Shown here one piece after another: positions 37,776-51,152 of a stretch of 64,000 nt of DNA. The notes below the pieces were generated by a model. That model was not told where the DNA came from. It made no database searches and worked only from the letters and a program-made list of their open reading frames with translations. The number at the start of each line of letters is the position of its first letter. Positions within the stretch are counted from its first letter, which is position 1. The stretch comes from Perna viridis (lineage: Eukaryota): the NCBI GenBank assembly GCA_037379345.1, contig CM074524.1, positions 33,427,644 through 33,491,643 on the forward strand. Direction: 5' to 3'. The position numbers were made by a program, and so were the translations under genes.

Positions 37776-40749
37776 AATAGAACCATTGCTACGAAGTATA
37801 TCATCTCAGTCATCTTTGAGTCATAGAAAAAAAAACAATATATGACATTATAGTTTTATTGGTCATTGTTTTTACCTGATTGTTATTTGTATAGGAAATG
37901 ACATATGATAGGTTATCCATATTATCTTCTTTACAATTTCATTTGTAGCTCTTAAATGCATGAAACTGACTTCGCCTATGGTTGCCAAACACTAATGGTA
38001 AACATGTACTAGCGTTATCTTATACATGTACATGTATCTTTTTATTATTAAATATGTATGAAGATTTGCTTAGCAGTATTCACTGTCTCTCAGTCTGTTT
38101 CTTTTGGAAACTGACACGTATATTATTGCGTTAAGCATATATAAAGTTACCACATCATAATTGTTCACTTCTTATAGGGTCAGATTAATAACAATCTGCA
38201 TTTATTTAAAATTGAAATTTTGCCATACTCAATAAACTGCTTGAATAGATCCTATGGCATATGATTAACCCGGGACAGTATTATATATATATCATAATGC
38301 ATTTAATGAAGTAGTATAGTATTTAAAATGGGCTAGTTTTTGGACATCCATTCTAAAGTGAAGGAATCATGGCATACCTTATTTTTTTGTAATACATAAG
38401 TGTATTTCCCTCGCACATGTTCCATTTATCCAGAATGAAGCATCTCTTTTTCTATATAAATAAATCGTTTGAATTATTTCTGTTTTTTTTTATTCATTTT
38501 ATTTATTATTTGATATTTTTGACAATTACATAACTGCATATGTGTTACAGAAGATTACTATAGACTTTACATGTATGTTTGATCGTACGTATTGGCATTC
38601 CAATGGATCTACGAAGTCTATGTTTTATAAATTTTCCTAATGAGGCGATGCTAGCATATGCAAGCTTTAATATTAATCTTACTACCGTTCGTTTCTGCCG
38701 TGAAAACTAGGAAACTAATAAAACATGGAAGGTCGCCAAACCAACAGTTGAAATGTTGCTTGCTTTAAATTACTCACTAAACATGGAAGAAATCCCTTCA
38801 CATTTTACAGCATTGTGTCATGTTTTGTTCAAGGTCCTGTTGGGAAATCACAACAAAAAAATGTCTTGTGCGAATAAATAGATATTGTGCTCTTGTATAC
38901 TAACATTAAATTATGATATGGCACAAATTTGGCGTAAATTATCACTATTAAACACTGAACAACATCAAAAAGATACCCGTTAATATCTTCTTTACTTTCA
39001 TATAAGATGAAAGACTCTTGACGTGTAAGATTTTCAAATTTATCTAAATTATACCTTAAAACATCATTGAAATTACAGTGTATTTCGTAGACAATATTTT
39101 CCTACAAACCAAAAATGCACTTGTTGCATGGAAGGACATGCATCTACTCAGTCTTAGTAACATTTTATTTAGCTTATCATGATTCAGAAATGGTCTTATC
39201 AAAAATACAGTAAAATGTTCAATACATGTACCAACGAAGTTATACATGTAAACGTCATTTCCGGTTGTACATGTAAGTAGCAAAACTCTCTATTTTTTTT
39301 TTCATTCATGTTTTAGTTACACATAATTGTTTATAATTGTTTTTGTTTACATATGTACCGTTTTGTTTATCTATTATGACATATGACTAGCCCTCGAACA
39401 CAATATGTGTAGATTAACCGTTAGTCTTTAAGACGATTAACCGGGTGCAGATTATCCCCGTAGATTAATTGTAACATGGCTTATTCGTTTCATTCATAAC
39501 CAAGTGTTACGTGCCCAAACTCTGACAATGTCCTGAAGAACATCCTACATGTACACGTATGAAGCGGATTGTCCGCCTACTGTATTTGAGGATACAGGTG
39601 TAGACCTGGTGAAAGGCATTGGTGCTTGCCCTGAAAACAGAGGAGTGGGAGAAAAAACATTAAATGTTGTTGGCAGGTTAATCTGACTTTTTCTGATATA
39701 CAAATACATGTACATTGTAGTTGGGTCCATGTATAATTATATTTATCAAGGAGATAAGCAATGAAAATTCCTGTAGATCATTGTGTTATTTTGTTTCTGA
39801 ACGGTACCTATCATTCAACAATGTTAGTTGTAAACCAAAATTAAGGTAAACAAAAACATAAACAGTAAACATAAACAACACAAAACTTAGAATTTTAAAA
39901 CGTTTTTTGTAATTCTTAAGTATTTTAAGAAAATATATTTTATACCAAGTTGTTGCCAACAAGTTTTATCAAACGTGAAACATTTCTCTTACTGTAACAT
40001 ATAAACAACGAACTGCATATCTCATTTGTCATCTTTTAGGAAAACAAACGTGTTTACAAATGAATTTGTATTCTACATACTTGCACTCGCTAGCCTCAAT
40101 TTACATGAAAGTTTCTTTAATTTTGGGATATTGTAATTGAAAACGTGATAAAAATGTACAAACGACGCGTTGTAATGTAAACAAAGTTCGATTTTAACTA
40201 AGTAGAGACGGTTACAAAGGTTTAGTGTTAAACTCATTACATGAATGAATATTTTAGTACAAACAGCTTTTTTTTCTTTTCCCCATATCTATAACGTACT
40301 AACACATATAACACATTACTCATATATACTGGACCTACGTTTTTGAGTATGTTACTATCGATTGCAGGAGATTGAAAATATTCAAAACTGCGATGTTCGT
40401 CCTTTAATTTCGTTAATTTTCGGAAATAAGTTGTTATTCCTATTGTATCGTATTTCTGTCCTTAAAAATATTAAATTTGAGATTCCTATCAGTTTATTTA
40501 TGCTATCAGTATAGTCAAAATTAATTTTGGGTTGGAAATGGTTCTTAATTATTGAAAATAGAATTAATATTTGAAACTTTATTTTAGGATATTTGTTGGT
40601 AATATATCAAATACAGGAAATCATTAAAATTGCATTACTTAGGAGTTGAAACATATAGAAAATACGTCTTTCGAGTCTAAGAAGATTACCATACATTGAA
40701 GTAAGATCGGGTTTCAAACTTGTTACCATCGTCCTTTCGCTATACCCAA

Positions 40750-40910
40750 ATAACGAGAATAGGTATGGTGAATACATGTACATTCATGTCAAAGAGACAA
40801 CAGCCCCACCGGAATGAAAATGTCAACCTAGGCCACCTATTGGTCTTCAATGAACGACGAGGAAACCCTCACACCACAGGACAGGCTGCAAATGGCCCCA
40901 AAACATCATA
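40750..40910. repeat. Dispersed repeat fragment shared with 3400-3512
   Basis: GTATGGTGAAT...GTCAAAGAGACAAC...ATGAAAATGTCAACCTAGGCCAC...TGGTCTTCAATGAAC...GAGGAAACCC occurs at both loci. Confidence 0.7.
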
Positions 40911-41020
40911 AACTCTTGACCAGCATTTTTTCCAATTGATTGCCCCTTAATCTTTCAATATGTAATTATCCCTGTGTCTGGTGTGGTTGTAAAATGGTAG
41001 ATACATGTAGGTGTACAGGG

Positions 41021-41714
41021 GGATCATGTCTCATTCTCTGGTTGGGTATAGTAGTGTACCAGGCGTGGATATACTTGATTAACTTCTGGATCATGTCTCA
41101 TTCTCTGGTTGGGTATACATGTAATAGTGTACCAGGCGTGGTGACACTTGATTAACCTCTAAATCATGTCTCATTCTCTGCTTGGGTATAGTAGTGTACC
41201 AGGCGTGGATATACTTGATTAACTTCTGGATCATGTCACATTCTCTGCTTGGGTATAGTAGTGTACCAGGCGTGGTGACACTTGATTAACTTCTGGATCA
41301 TGTCTCATTCTCTGCTTGGGTATAGTAGTGTACCAGGTGTGGTGACACTTGATTAACTTCTGGATCATGTCTCATTCTCTGGTTAGGTATACATGTAATA
41401 GTGTACCAGGCGTGGTGACACTTGATTAACTTCTGGATCATGTCTCATTCTCTGGTTGGGTATACATGTAATAGTGTAACAGGCGTGGTGACACTTGATT
41501 AACCTCTAAATCATGTCTCATTCTCTGGTTGGGTATAGTAGTGTACCAGGCGTGGTGACACTTGATTAACTTCTGGATCATGTCTCATTCTCTGGTTAGG
41601 TATACATGTAATAGTGTACCAGGCGTGGTGACACTTGATTAACTTCTGGATCATGTCTCATTCTCTGCTTGGGTATAGTAGTGTACCAGGCGTGGTGATA
41701 CTTGGTTAAATTCT
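41021..41714. repeat. Minisatellite, 10 units of 67 or 73 bp
   Basis: Units start at 41021, 41088, 41161, 41228, 41295, 41362, 41435, 41508, 41575 and 41648. The 73-bp units carry TATACATGTAATAG where the 67-bp units have TATAGTAG. Confidence 0.95.
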
Positions 41715-44700
41715 GAATTTGTTATAAAGATCAGCGGATTAAATGTGTACCTAATGTAACAAAATAAAACAGAAAAACACAGTTAACCACTTCATCAGAA
41801 CGCCTGGCAAATTATTAGTACGCTCTGTGTAAGTGTAATTACAGATAAAATGCAGAACTTTATCCATTACAAATAGATAAAGACACCTTCAAAATTCATA
41901 TAATTGCTACATGTAACCAATAATTTTTCAACACCCTATAAACAAATAAAATTTAATGGGATGTTTCTCACAAAAGCAGACTGAACAACTAGACATGTTG
42001 CTGTATGCACAGTAATTATCTTTTATTGATAAATAGTGATGATTATATAATATTACTGTGTATGTAATGGCTATTGAATTTCTGATTGTTATGGTTGCGA
42101 TATTAAACAAGTACTTGTAATGTATAATAAATTGTGCATCTAAGTTCTCAACGAGCGTACTATAGTCATAAAATAATAAATACCTTGGATTTTGTATTGA
42201 CTTCATTTTTTTATTTAACTTTACAATCATTTACGCGATAAAGCTTTCATCTTTTATGGAACAGATTCGGTTTCCCCTGGCCAAATACAAGTCGCATATT
42301 GTAGAGATGGCCTTTATGCCACTTTTGATCATTAAAATCTAACACGCCTCCCGAAGACTCATAGCTTGTAGTAGTAATATTATCTACTAAAAACTACATT
42401 TTGTATTTATTCAGGACAAGTTTTTTATTATGTTGTATTTTAAATGAATTGGCTTTTGTTTTCATCTATACAAAGTTGGTTTGTCTGTGTCCCTACATTA
42501 CATGCGATAAGTCAATAGCACTAAAATGGTTGAAACTGAAATTTTTTGGAACAATGTTTGTTATCATTTTCACATTAATTGAAGCTAACTCTCTATTTTC
42601 ATCATTGGACTTGGAAAATCAAATCACAAAATTGTGTGGGGATGCTTTAGTATAGATATATATTACAGCTGTTATACTCTTGTGATTTGAATGACTAATT
42701 CATTAGTTTACGAAATATTTCGAAACAAAGATAACTATAAAAATTGAGTAAACTAATTTAATTGTATATGCAACTCGTTCTTGCAGAGTTCGTTCTAAAA
42801 CTTCACGCCAAATGATGCATTTCGTTAATTTCTTTTGTTCTATGTCAGTTTGACCCTGTACCAGTTTAACGCTGGGTCTAGTATATTAACAAAACAAAAG
42901 ACAGTATAAAGCGACTTAAAGAAGAACAAAGATATATACCCAGTATACTTGATTGCTACTGGTCCGTTTGATCGCCTCTATTGGCGTTTAATGATCAGGA
43001 AATGGCGTGACATACTGTTCTATTAGACTTTATTAAACCTTTGTCTTGTCTTTAGAAAAATTCCTCGTGTCAGCCCTAGATTTAAGACAGCAAAGTGTAA
43101 TATATAATGATAAAGCAACGACAAACGAAATTCTGTTCTTTTAAATTTCGTTTCGCTCCGTGTTTTGGTTTTTGTGTCCTCTCGTGTTTTTTTATCTTGT
43201 ACTTTTCTATCTTAGCTTTGATGTTTTGCTTAACTGCATATTTGACCAGCCTGACTATTCGTTATATTCTGTACGTTTTTTTTAATTGTGTGTTGTGTGT
43301 GCGTCCGTCTGTTCCTTATAGTGTGCATTGTGGTCTGTTTTCTAATGTTTCATGTTCATGTCATTTTAAATATGACTTGGTAATTTTCATTGTGTCAGGT
43401 TGACTTAATTGTCTTCACTTCTAAACTTCTGATTCAGAAGCGCATTTTGAAATTTTGAAAGGTTTATCAAATTTTAACGCTACACCTATCCAAATACTTT
43501 GTAGTCATTAAATAGTGATGTGACCAATTTTTTGAATAAAATAGTATGGTTCAGATTTTATGTTACATTTTGTTTCCATCATTCCAATATTATAATTCAT
43601 TTATTAGTTCTTTTAGAGTATATTCCATATCCTTTTGTTTTATAGTCAGTTTCTATTCGTCTCTCATTAATCATGTTTTTTAGAGAATCATTTTAAGAAA
43701 ATGTGTACAAAGGCAACGCAACAGAATATACAATTCTGGTAAGGTGTGTTACAAACAAGGCTAAAAAAAAAGTTCTATGCATTTTATTTCAATTTTATTG
43801 TAACAATAGTTTCTTGGACGGATGTAAACGAGCATAAAATTACAACAAAACTGATTCTATCACAAAATTCCAGATATTTTTTTAACAAAGCACACTCTAG
43901 ATCAATGATTTTTAAACGAAAAACATGACTTCAATTTTGGAAAGAATTTTTTCAACCATGATTACAGAAAGGCTTAAATTTGAAAGAAACCGGGCTTACT
44001 AATTTACTCCGTATGCTTATATCAATAGCAATCTGTTCATATTTTATAAAATGACTAGATACTTATCATTTATTTTGGACGTTTACGTTCCGTGTCATGG
44101 ATACATATCAAAGTAGCAATTTTAGAAGAAAGATTTCACATCTAAATAAATAATGATGGAAGTCGTCTACGCCATTCTGGCTCACTAAATGCAGAGCTAT
44201 AATAACTTGTTTGAGAAACAAGCTAGGTTTTGATTTTGTTTTTGATTATATCTAAAACAATATATCTACATTACAACACAAACATTGCAAACTTAACAAA
44301 GGTTTACTCGATTTGAAAGATCGAGTGCACCCATGAAATCACAGATCAGAAAAATAGCACCATAGGGAAGTGACAATATGTCTTAGTACGAATGAACATG
44401 GCGTTTCAGAAACATTTACAATGATAAAAAGTAAAAAAGCATAGAATTTCGAAACTTTCGTTCTTTCTCGAATCTACGTTTTCGTTACGTACACGCTGTC
44501 AGGGTTCCGAAAAGAAGACAGAAATGAGAACCAGATGAAAAATAAAAACCAACAAACTATACAATTTGAACTACATTCATAAAAAAAGGAAAATTTTCTG
44601 ATGGAACCCGACCATTTCACTTGGCACATTTGGAAATCATCAGCAGACGTCATCTGCTTTAAACATAAAAATAGTGACCGGAAGTGGTGCTCTTGAAGTG

Positions 44701-47303
44701 ATACGCAGATCAAAGAAGAAAACCACTTCCGTTAAAAAAAAAAGACGAATACAAAACTCAAAACTTACTAAATAGCATTAATGTTAGTCAACAACTCTAT
44801 TGCTTTGTTTTACGAGAAGTACAAAATAAAAAAAAAAGATGACAATACAAAATAGGTTAATATTGAAAGACATTTTTTCCCCGACAGGGCCACGTCACGC
44901 TTACAACGAACACACTAGTATTCACCTAAGTCAATTCTTAGTTACATGTATAGATTCTTTTAAATAAAGACGGAGTGGTAACTTTGTAATGAAGTGTATC
45001 ATAAGATTTGTCATTAGGTTTTATCAAGATGTTGATTTCTGATTTGTACCATGATTTTGTTTTTGCTTTCATAAAAAAAAATGTATTAAACTCGGAAAAG
45101 ATTTTTCTTCCTTGCTTTCCTGTGATTTATTGTGAATCATTGTAAAGTTTTATTTTTCTCCTCTGTAGGTGTAAAATCAAAAATGCATACCGAAATTAGA
45201 GGAGTTGTCTGCATATTGCATAACACTATAAATAAACGTGATTTTTTAATAACGAATAAAATAAACATATTCTCATTAAGCTATTCAATGAAATACAAGA
45301 CAGAAACGAAACATTTTCTTAACATTCGTACTACTGTATTATTTAGATTTATTTTACTATAGTGTTTCTAGACAAGATGTGTTAACAAAAGAACATAACT
45401 GACAATGCACGGTAGAGATGTCCTTGGAATCACCAATACATGTAATGATATTTCTATAATCCCTGTAGAGAGACATCCAGTTTACAAAAAGGCGACTTTA
45501 TCAGATTAAAATTTAAAAGACTTTGATGATAATTACGATATTCAAGACTTTACCACCTTGTGGGTGATTAATAGGATAAATTAAAAATCTCTTGTTCCTT
45601 AATCAGTATTACTGATTTGTGTGTTTTGGGAATTATGGTTTCTTTTCAACATTGATTGCACGTCTTTTTGAAAGATATTGTGGATCGATGTAAGCCAAAC
45701 AAATTAACATATTCGGTAAAACCGATGTTTTTAAAATGGAATTTTTTCACATGTATTTTAGTCTCATGCTTAGTTTATAATATTACACATAAAAACAGCA
45801 GCATCTAAAAAGTATAATTCAGTTAAGACACACGTTATTTATAAATACTTTTAGCTTTGAAAGTTCTAACATCAATTTTCAATTAAACTTTATATGAATG
45901 GAAAATGCCTTACAACGGACAGATTTTCAATAATACATTCAAGAATTCCCATTTCAATATTATTTCAGGCTGTTTGCAAAATGGTTTCTTTTTGTTATTG
46001 ATTTTAAAACCGGAGAAGATAGGGTATTTTCCTTAACATAGGACCAGATCAATAAATATTATCTCAAGTAAAATTTCAAAAGCAACAAATCTGTCATTAT
46101 AGAAACTACCGAACACCTTACTGAATGTTTAATGAATTTCAAACATTGTATTCTCATATTTATTTAAATGATAAGTGAGGTTCTAAATTTATAAATTGAC
46201 CTCGTATCTAAAATTCGGGTCGTTTTAAGGTCATTCGAATATTGTTTGGAAAGGGGGTATATAAAGTTTGCCATAAATTAACAAGTAGCGATCTATCTCG
46301 TCAAAATGTGAATAAACATGGGACTTAGAATTTTAATCCGGAGATGACAAAGCGATATTGTCCCTTCTATTATTATAGTCCGTTGCGGCGGTTAACCTAT
46401 CACTAACAGTTGGTATTAAGATTTAACTTGAAGGAAATTGGACCTTTGAATTATTATAACACTGCTTAATCCAAAATTCAGTTTTTGTTGATATTGGGAT
46501 ACACGTTACAAATGACAAATGTAATGATTTCATGTTAAATAAGGCGTTGAAATTGAACATGATTAGAAGATATTAATATTCATTTCCCTTACAAATTCAT
46601 GTTTTTTATAGTTCAAATGTCGTTTCAATTTCAAATTTATTGACAGTATTTTTAAAGTTGATCAAAAGTACATGATTAATAATTTTATCGAAGTTTTACC
46701 GAACCGTGCAGGTGATAAAGTATTTAGTTGGTATCGTTGTAAAAATTATTTGGCACACTTTTTTATATTTCCATATAAAATGTGATAAAACTAAGCCAGT
46801 TAAAATATTAAAACATTTTTCGCTTTTTTAACCGTGGAACATAATTTCATTCTGTTTAACTTCTTTTTGATTGTTGGGAACTTCAAACACCATCGAATCA
46901 TGAAATAGAAACCCGACTTTATACTTTCTAAATGTAAAAGTCGAATGCTCTTTTAATACTTGCCCAAAATTTGTAGTGATGGTTTGGTGTTCTTATGGTA
47001 AACTTAAGGTGACTGACTAAAATATTAGCACGTCGTAACACTTTGGTATATTATTTTCAGAAATCGAAATTCAAAAATTTCATTTTCTTGCCATTTTCAG
47101 TATTGAGAACAGAACAAACGATGGATACGCCCACATTTCTCACTCTCACACACAAAACGAAATAAATACAATGGAATATAAACAATAATAATTGTTGTGA
47201 TACCAGCACAACTGTAAACCAATAACAAATATCTACAACAAGAACATGTGAATAAATGCGCCAAACTTACAGTTTACACTGTTTATAAGAACACTCCGAA
47301 TGG

Positions 47304-48341
47304 TTATGACTCTGAATATACTATATGAATCGCCGTATCAGTTTGTACGGGAGTTTCCGCGTAGTCTATTAAGGGATCCGGTGGTGCTTCTGGTTCTTCG
47401 TTTTCGACACCAATAAGCCATTCGATAATCATTTGATCTTTACCAGATTCGGAGTCAGTGTCATCATCTTCGAATTCCTCATTTTCATTTTTGTTTCTGA
47501 CACAATTGTTCAACTGCACCGTTGATGAATATCGCCTCATTCCGTTAATGTTAGATGAATTGTATTTTCCTTGAGTCAAATTTTGTGTTTTCTCTATAGA
47601 AATGAGTCTACTCTTGTTTACTAACTTATTGTCTGAACCATTTCTTCTCATGAGGGGTTTTGGTTTATTTCCCATAAAATTCTCTATTGGTTGTATTTTG
47701 GGTTCACTTGCACAATGGCAGAACTTATTTTTTGTCTGCCGAGTGTTGTTATTCCCGCTCGAGTTAGATTTATCCCTAGATGGCAAACGATTAGTCCTGT
47801 ATCCATTCATGTTACTTCTAGGTGTTTGAACTGAAACACCATTTTTATTTTTAATAGAATCCAATTTCAAAGCTTCAGGTGAAGCTGTTATTGTTTGTTC
47901 CGGAGGTGTAATCCAAGTTTTAGAACGACAATGAACATTTGCGGAATGGTTCCGATGACTTGATGACGAAGACGTAGCACTATGTGGAGATCTCCGGATA
48001 TGTAGTCCTTTCTGAGATGAATCACTATTATTGCTCATTTGATTGCTTCTAGTTTTGTAATATTCATTTCCGTTTCCCATGCTTTGGTTACTTGTAAGTA
48101 TCCTTGAATCTAGAATAGGTGGAAGCTCAGGCGCGCTCATTCTTCGAGAACTATAAACTGATATAGGACATCCCTCATGAATTGTCCCTATGTCGTATGA
48201 AATAGCACTAGATCTTCGTAATGATGGGTTAGCAGATCGATAATGTCTACCTACGAGACCTTTTTCAAATCGCTGTTGACTGTTCAGTGTTTTATTTGAA
48301 ACTGATTGTACAGGACTAGAAAATCTTTTATCAGACTTCAT
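47304..48341 (-). CDS. Uncharacterised 345-aa Ser/Asn/Arg-rich, probably intrinsically disordered protein with acidic, conserved-looking C-terminal module
   Basis: By far the longest ORF in the window, in AT-rich DNA where chance ORFs are short. RRxS motifs (RRSS, RRMS, RRYS). C-terminus DDDTDSESGKDQMIIEWLIGVE...PPDPLID...QTDTAIHIVY. The frame stays open ~21 codons upstream of the ATG, so an upstream exon cannot be excluded. Confidence 0.8.
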   Translation of the reverse strand: MKSDKRFSSPVQSVSNKTLNSQQRFEKGLVGRHYRSANPSLRRSSAISYDIGTIHEGCPISVYSSRRMSAPELPPILDSRILTSNQSMGNGNEYYKTRSNQMSNNSDSSQKGLHIRRSPHSATSSSSSHRNHSANVHCRSKTWITPPEQTITASPEALKLDSIKNKNGVSVQTPRSNMNGYRTNRLPSRDKSNSSGNNNTRQTKNKFCHCASEPKIQPIENFMGNKPKPLMRRNGSDNKLVNKSRLISIEKTQNLTQGKYNSSNINGMRRYSSTVQLNNCVRNKNENEEFEDDDTDSESGKDQMIIEWLIGVENEEPEAPPDPLIDYAETPVQTDTAIHIVYSES

Positions 48342-48510
48342 TGCGCATGCGTTAATTTGTCTAGTTAAATGTCCCTCTATTGTAATGATATATAAAAGAG
48401 TTCTTTACCGAAATTTGCCCTTCGAATCGATTTATTGAAATCCGTTTAAATAGTTAAATGTTCAAATGTATTTTAGAATGTCCATGAAGTCCACACATGA
48501 AAACCTGCTT

Positions 48511-48518
48511 TGACGTCA
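48511..48518. promoter_or_regulatory. Palindromic CRE (TGACGTCA) ~170 bp upstream of the 345-aa ORF
   Basis: Exact consensus; a TATTTAAA on the minus strand near 48445-48452 lies between it and the ATG. Confidence 0.4.
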
Positions 48519-50782
48519 TCAAATTCCTTCTTTTTAAATCACTAGGTAGGTATCAAGAAATTAGGACAAAGAAAACTTTCAATAGCTATTAACACGGATT
48601 AACCAGTACAAATGTATGATAGCTAGCACCTGATTGACTAATGGTCACCTTTTAAGAGGTCCGTTGCTATTATTGTGTGTATGGTATTATGCGACTTCTC
48701 TCAATTAAATAGGCAAACAATAACCAAAGCAGACTAACTTTGTGATGAGCAAACAACGTATATTAAGAACAGATGTAATTTTTTTCTTGTCCTATTTTTG
48801 ACACATACGACTTTTCTAGTTTCAAAAGCAGTACCCGGATTCTTCTTGAAATTGTCACCTCTTCAATTCAGTTGAAACTGTAAAAATAAAAGTACACCAA
48901 TGCACATTAAAAATGCATTAAAATAAATTACTTTTATACAGAGTTGCTGTAAAATAATAAAATGTGTAGTTTCTAGTAAATATCGACATTTAAACAGTTT
49001 GTTATTTAACCATATTTTGGAAACATTGAAATTATCTATATAAAATATAAACATCCGCATGTGAGGTGCTTTACTTTTAAATATGTGGGGGTAAATTGCA
49101 CCAAAAAGGCGTAAAAAATAATGAGACCTCGGTGTATTTAAGATATACTGTATTTATATGATTAAAATGCATAAGTTAACTTGTTTAAAGTTTAATTACA
49201 TGTTTTCAGACAATTATTCAGATTGCGATGTGATTGCATGGTGACGGAGATTTCAAGTAGGTAAATGTTGCTTCGTGGGCATGGTCTGCAGATCTTCATG
49301 GGTTATGTTAAAAGTTCTCATATGTGGGTGAATTTTATTTTTGGAACTTCCATAAATGCCAATTGTCATAGTCGACTAATCATTGGTTGAATAGCAGTCG
49401 TCATGTACATGTACATGTATAACTAAATTGGGCTCTACCGTGTATATCCGTTCGTTTGTTTGATAATAAAATAATTGATATCTTGCACCATGGATGTATA
49501 ATATCTAGAAATTATACTTCCATACTTGCACGGAATTATCTATTCAAAGATATGTATTCAGTTAGCCAACCAGACGATTTGAGAAGAGGGCACAAAAAAA
49601 GAAATAGTGGCACTTCAGCGCGTTTACCCACAATCGATACAGCATGCTTATTATGCTTTTCATTTTATGGTCCCGGTCAGAGTAGCAAATCAGAAGGCTT
49701 TTTATGGAGGAGTCGAATCACAGGAAAACTGGTGATACGTTACAATATAGAGTATATTCGACATTGTCATTAGAAGACCGTTTGATACATGTATATTGGA
49801 TGTAATGTTTATTGTCAACAAGTAAAACTGGTGATACCATTGAAATGTAAAGCAGAGCATGTTTCCGTAAAAAATATAATACACATTATGAAAAAAACAA
49901 ACTAGCAAACAAAGTTTCGATTTAAATTTACAAAGAACAAACAAACAAGAATGTTAAAGTTGTGAAGTTAAATATTCCTGACAATGAAACCTTAATTTTG
50001 ATTTTTTTAAGATGGAACAGAGGTGCATTGTTCATTGTTAGCTTTCCGTCCTAGAGGACTTCGTACAGTACGAACTAAGTTTTGACCTAGTCGATGTAAA
50101 ACTGTGAAAGGCGTGTAATTATTTGGTTTTTTTTTTTAATAATGTATCAATATATTCAACTTCTCCCTCTTATAGGTTACACCTGCTTTATATAAGGACC
50201 GTTACCCCGATTTTTGTTTCTGCAAGTTGACCCTATTCCTCCCCATCATCCTTACCCTTCCATTTCATTCCAAATGCTGCTTGCCATCCTCACGTTGATA
50301 TACACATGTTTAATGCATGAGAAACTGGCAAAAAACGAATTTTTATTATCGACAATACTATTAAGTATATGTAGTTCTAAAGTAATCTTTTAAATCCAAG
50401 GTTCTTGTACATCAAAAGAAACCCTGAAATTAGCGTTTATTGTTTCCCTAATAGAGTTTGGGATTTCATTATGCCAATATTTAACGCTTTTAGCTTGCGT
50501 GTAGATAAAACCATCGATCGTTCGTGTAAGATCATTCTGATACTTGCTTATGTTGAAACATAATCAATTCGTCACCGGGAAGTTAGAAACAGCTTCACGG
50601 AGAATGAACGGTAAATAGTTTTAATTTTCATGTGAAATTAATCGACCCGCTATTATAAAAACTGTGCTTTAATTCGACTATAATCTGGGACCAGGAAGAG
50701 GGAAATCAAAAAAAAATTAACACTGTAAACATAAATAAAACTCCGAACAATGCTGTTGAATAAATTGGTGGTATATCGTGTA

Positions 50783-51152
50783 CAGTCCTTGAACCGATCC
50801 GCGCAACAATTTGACGGATCGATGACCGTAGACTGATTGATCGCTGACGGATCGATGACCGGTGACCGATCCGATCACAGTTTTGTTATGTAAAATGACG
50901 TAAGATGTGTTTGAAATAAAATAAATGTAAAACGAAAGTATAAATTGATGTTTAAATATATTACATTATGTAAATATGTGTAAAATTGACAAAGAAAACA
51001 ATAAAAACCGTAAAATACAGTGACCGCTATGTGGTCACGTGATGCGATCACCGGTTTAATGGATCGGTTTGACGGATCGATGACTGATCGGAAACTGATC
51101 GATGATCGATGACCAATCGCAATTTTTGTTGCACGGATCGGTTCAGGTACTG
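50783..51152. mobile_element. 370-bp Tc1/mariner-type MITE (CAGT...ACTG ends, TA TSD)
   Basis: Left TIR CAGTCCTTGAACCGATCCGCGCAACAA; right TIR (reverse complement) CAGTACCTGAACCGATCCGTGCAACAA. Flanked by TA at 50781-82 and 51153-54; subterminal GATCGATGAC repeats. Confidence 0.88.

Noticed and set aside
41021-41714. CRISPR-like or coding repeat array
   Set aside because: No unique spacers; 67/73-bp periods are not multiples of 3 and stops are frequent.
47602-47829. 75-aa plus-strand ORF
   Set aside because: Antisense shadow of the 345-aa CDS.
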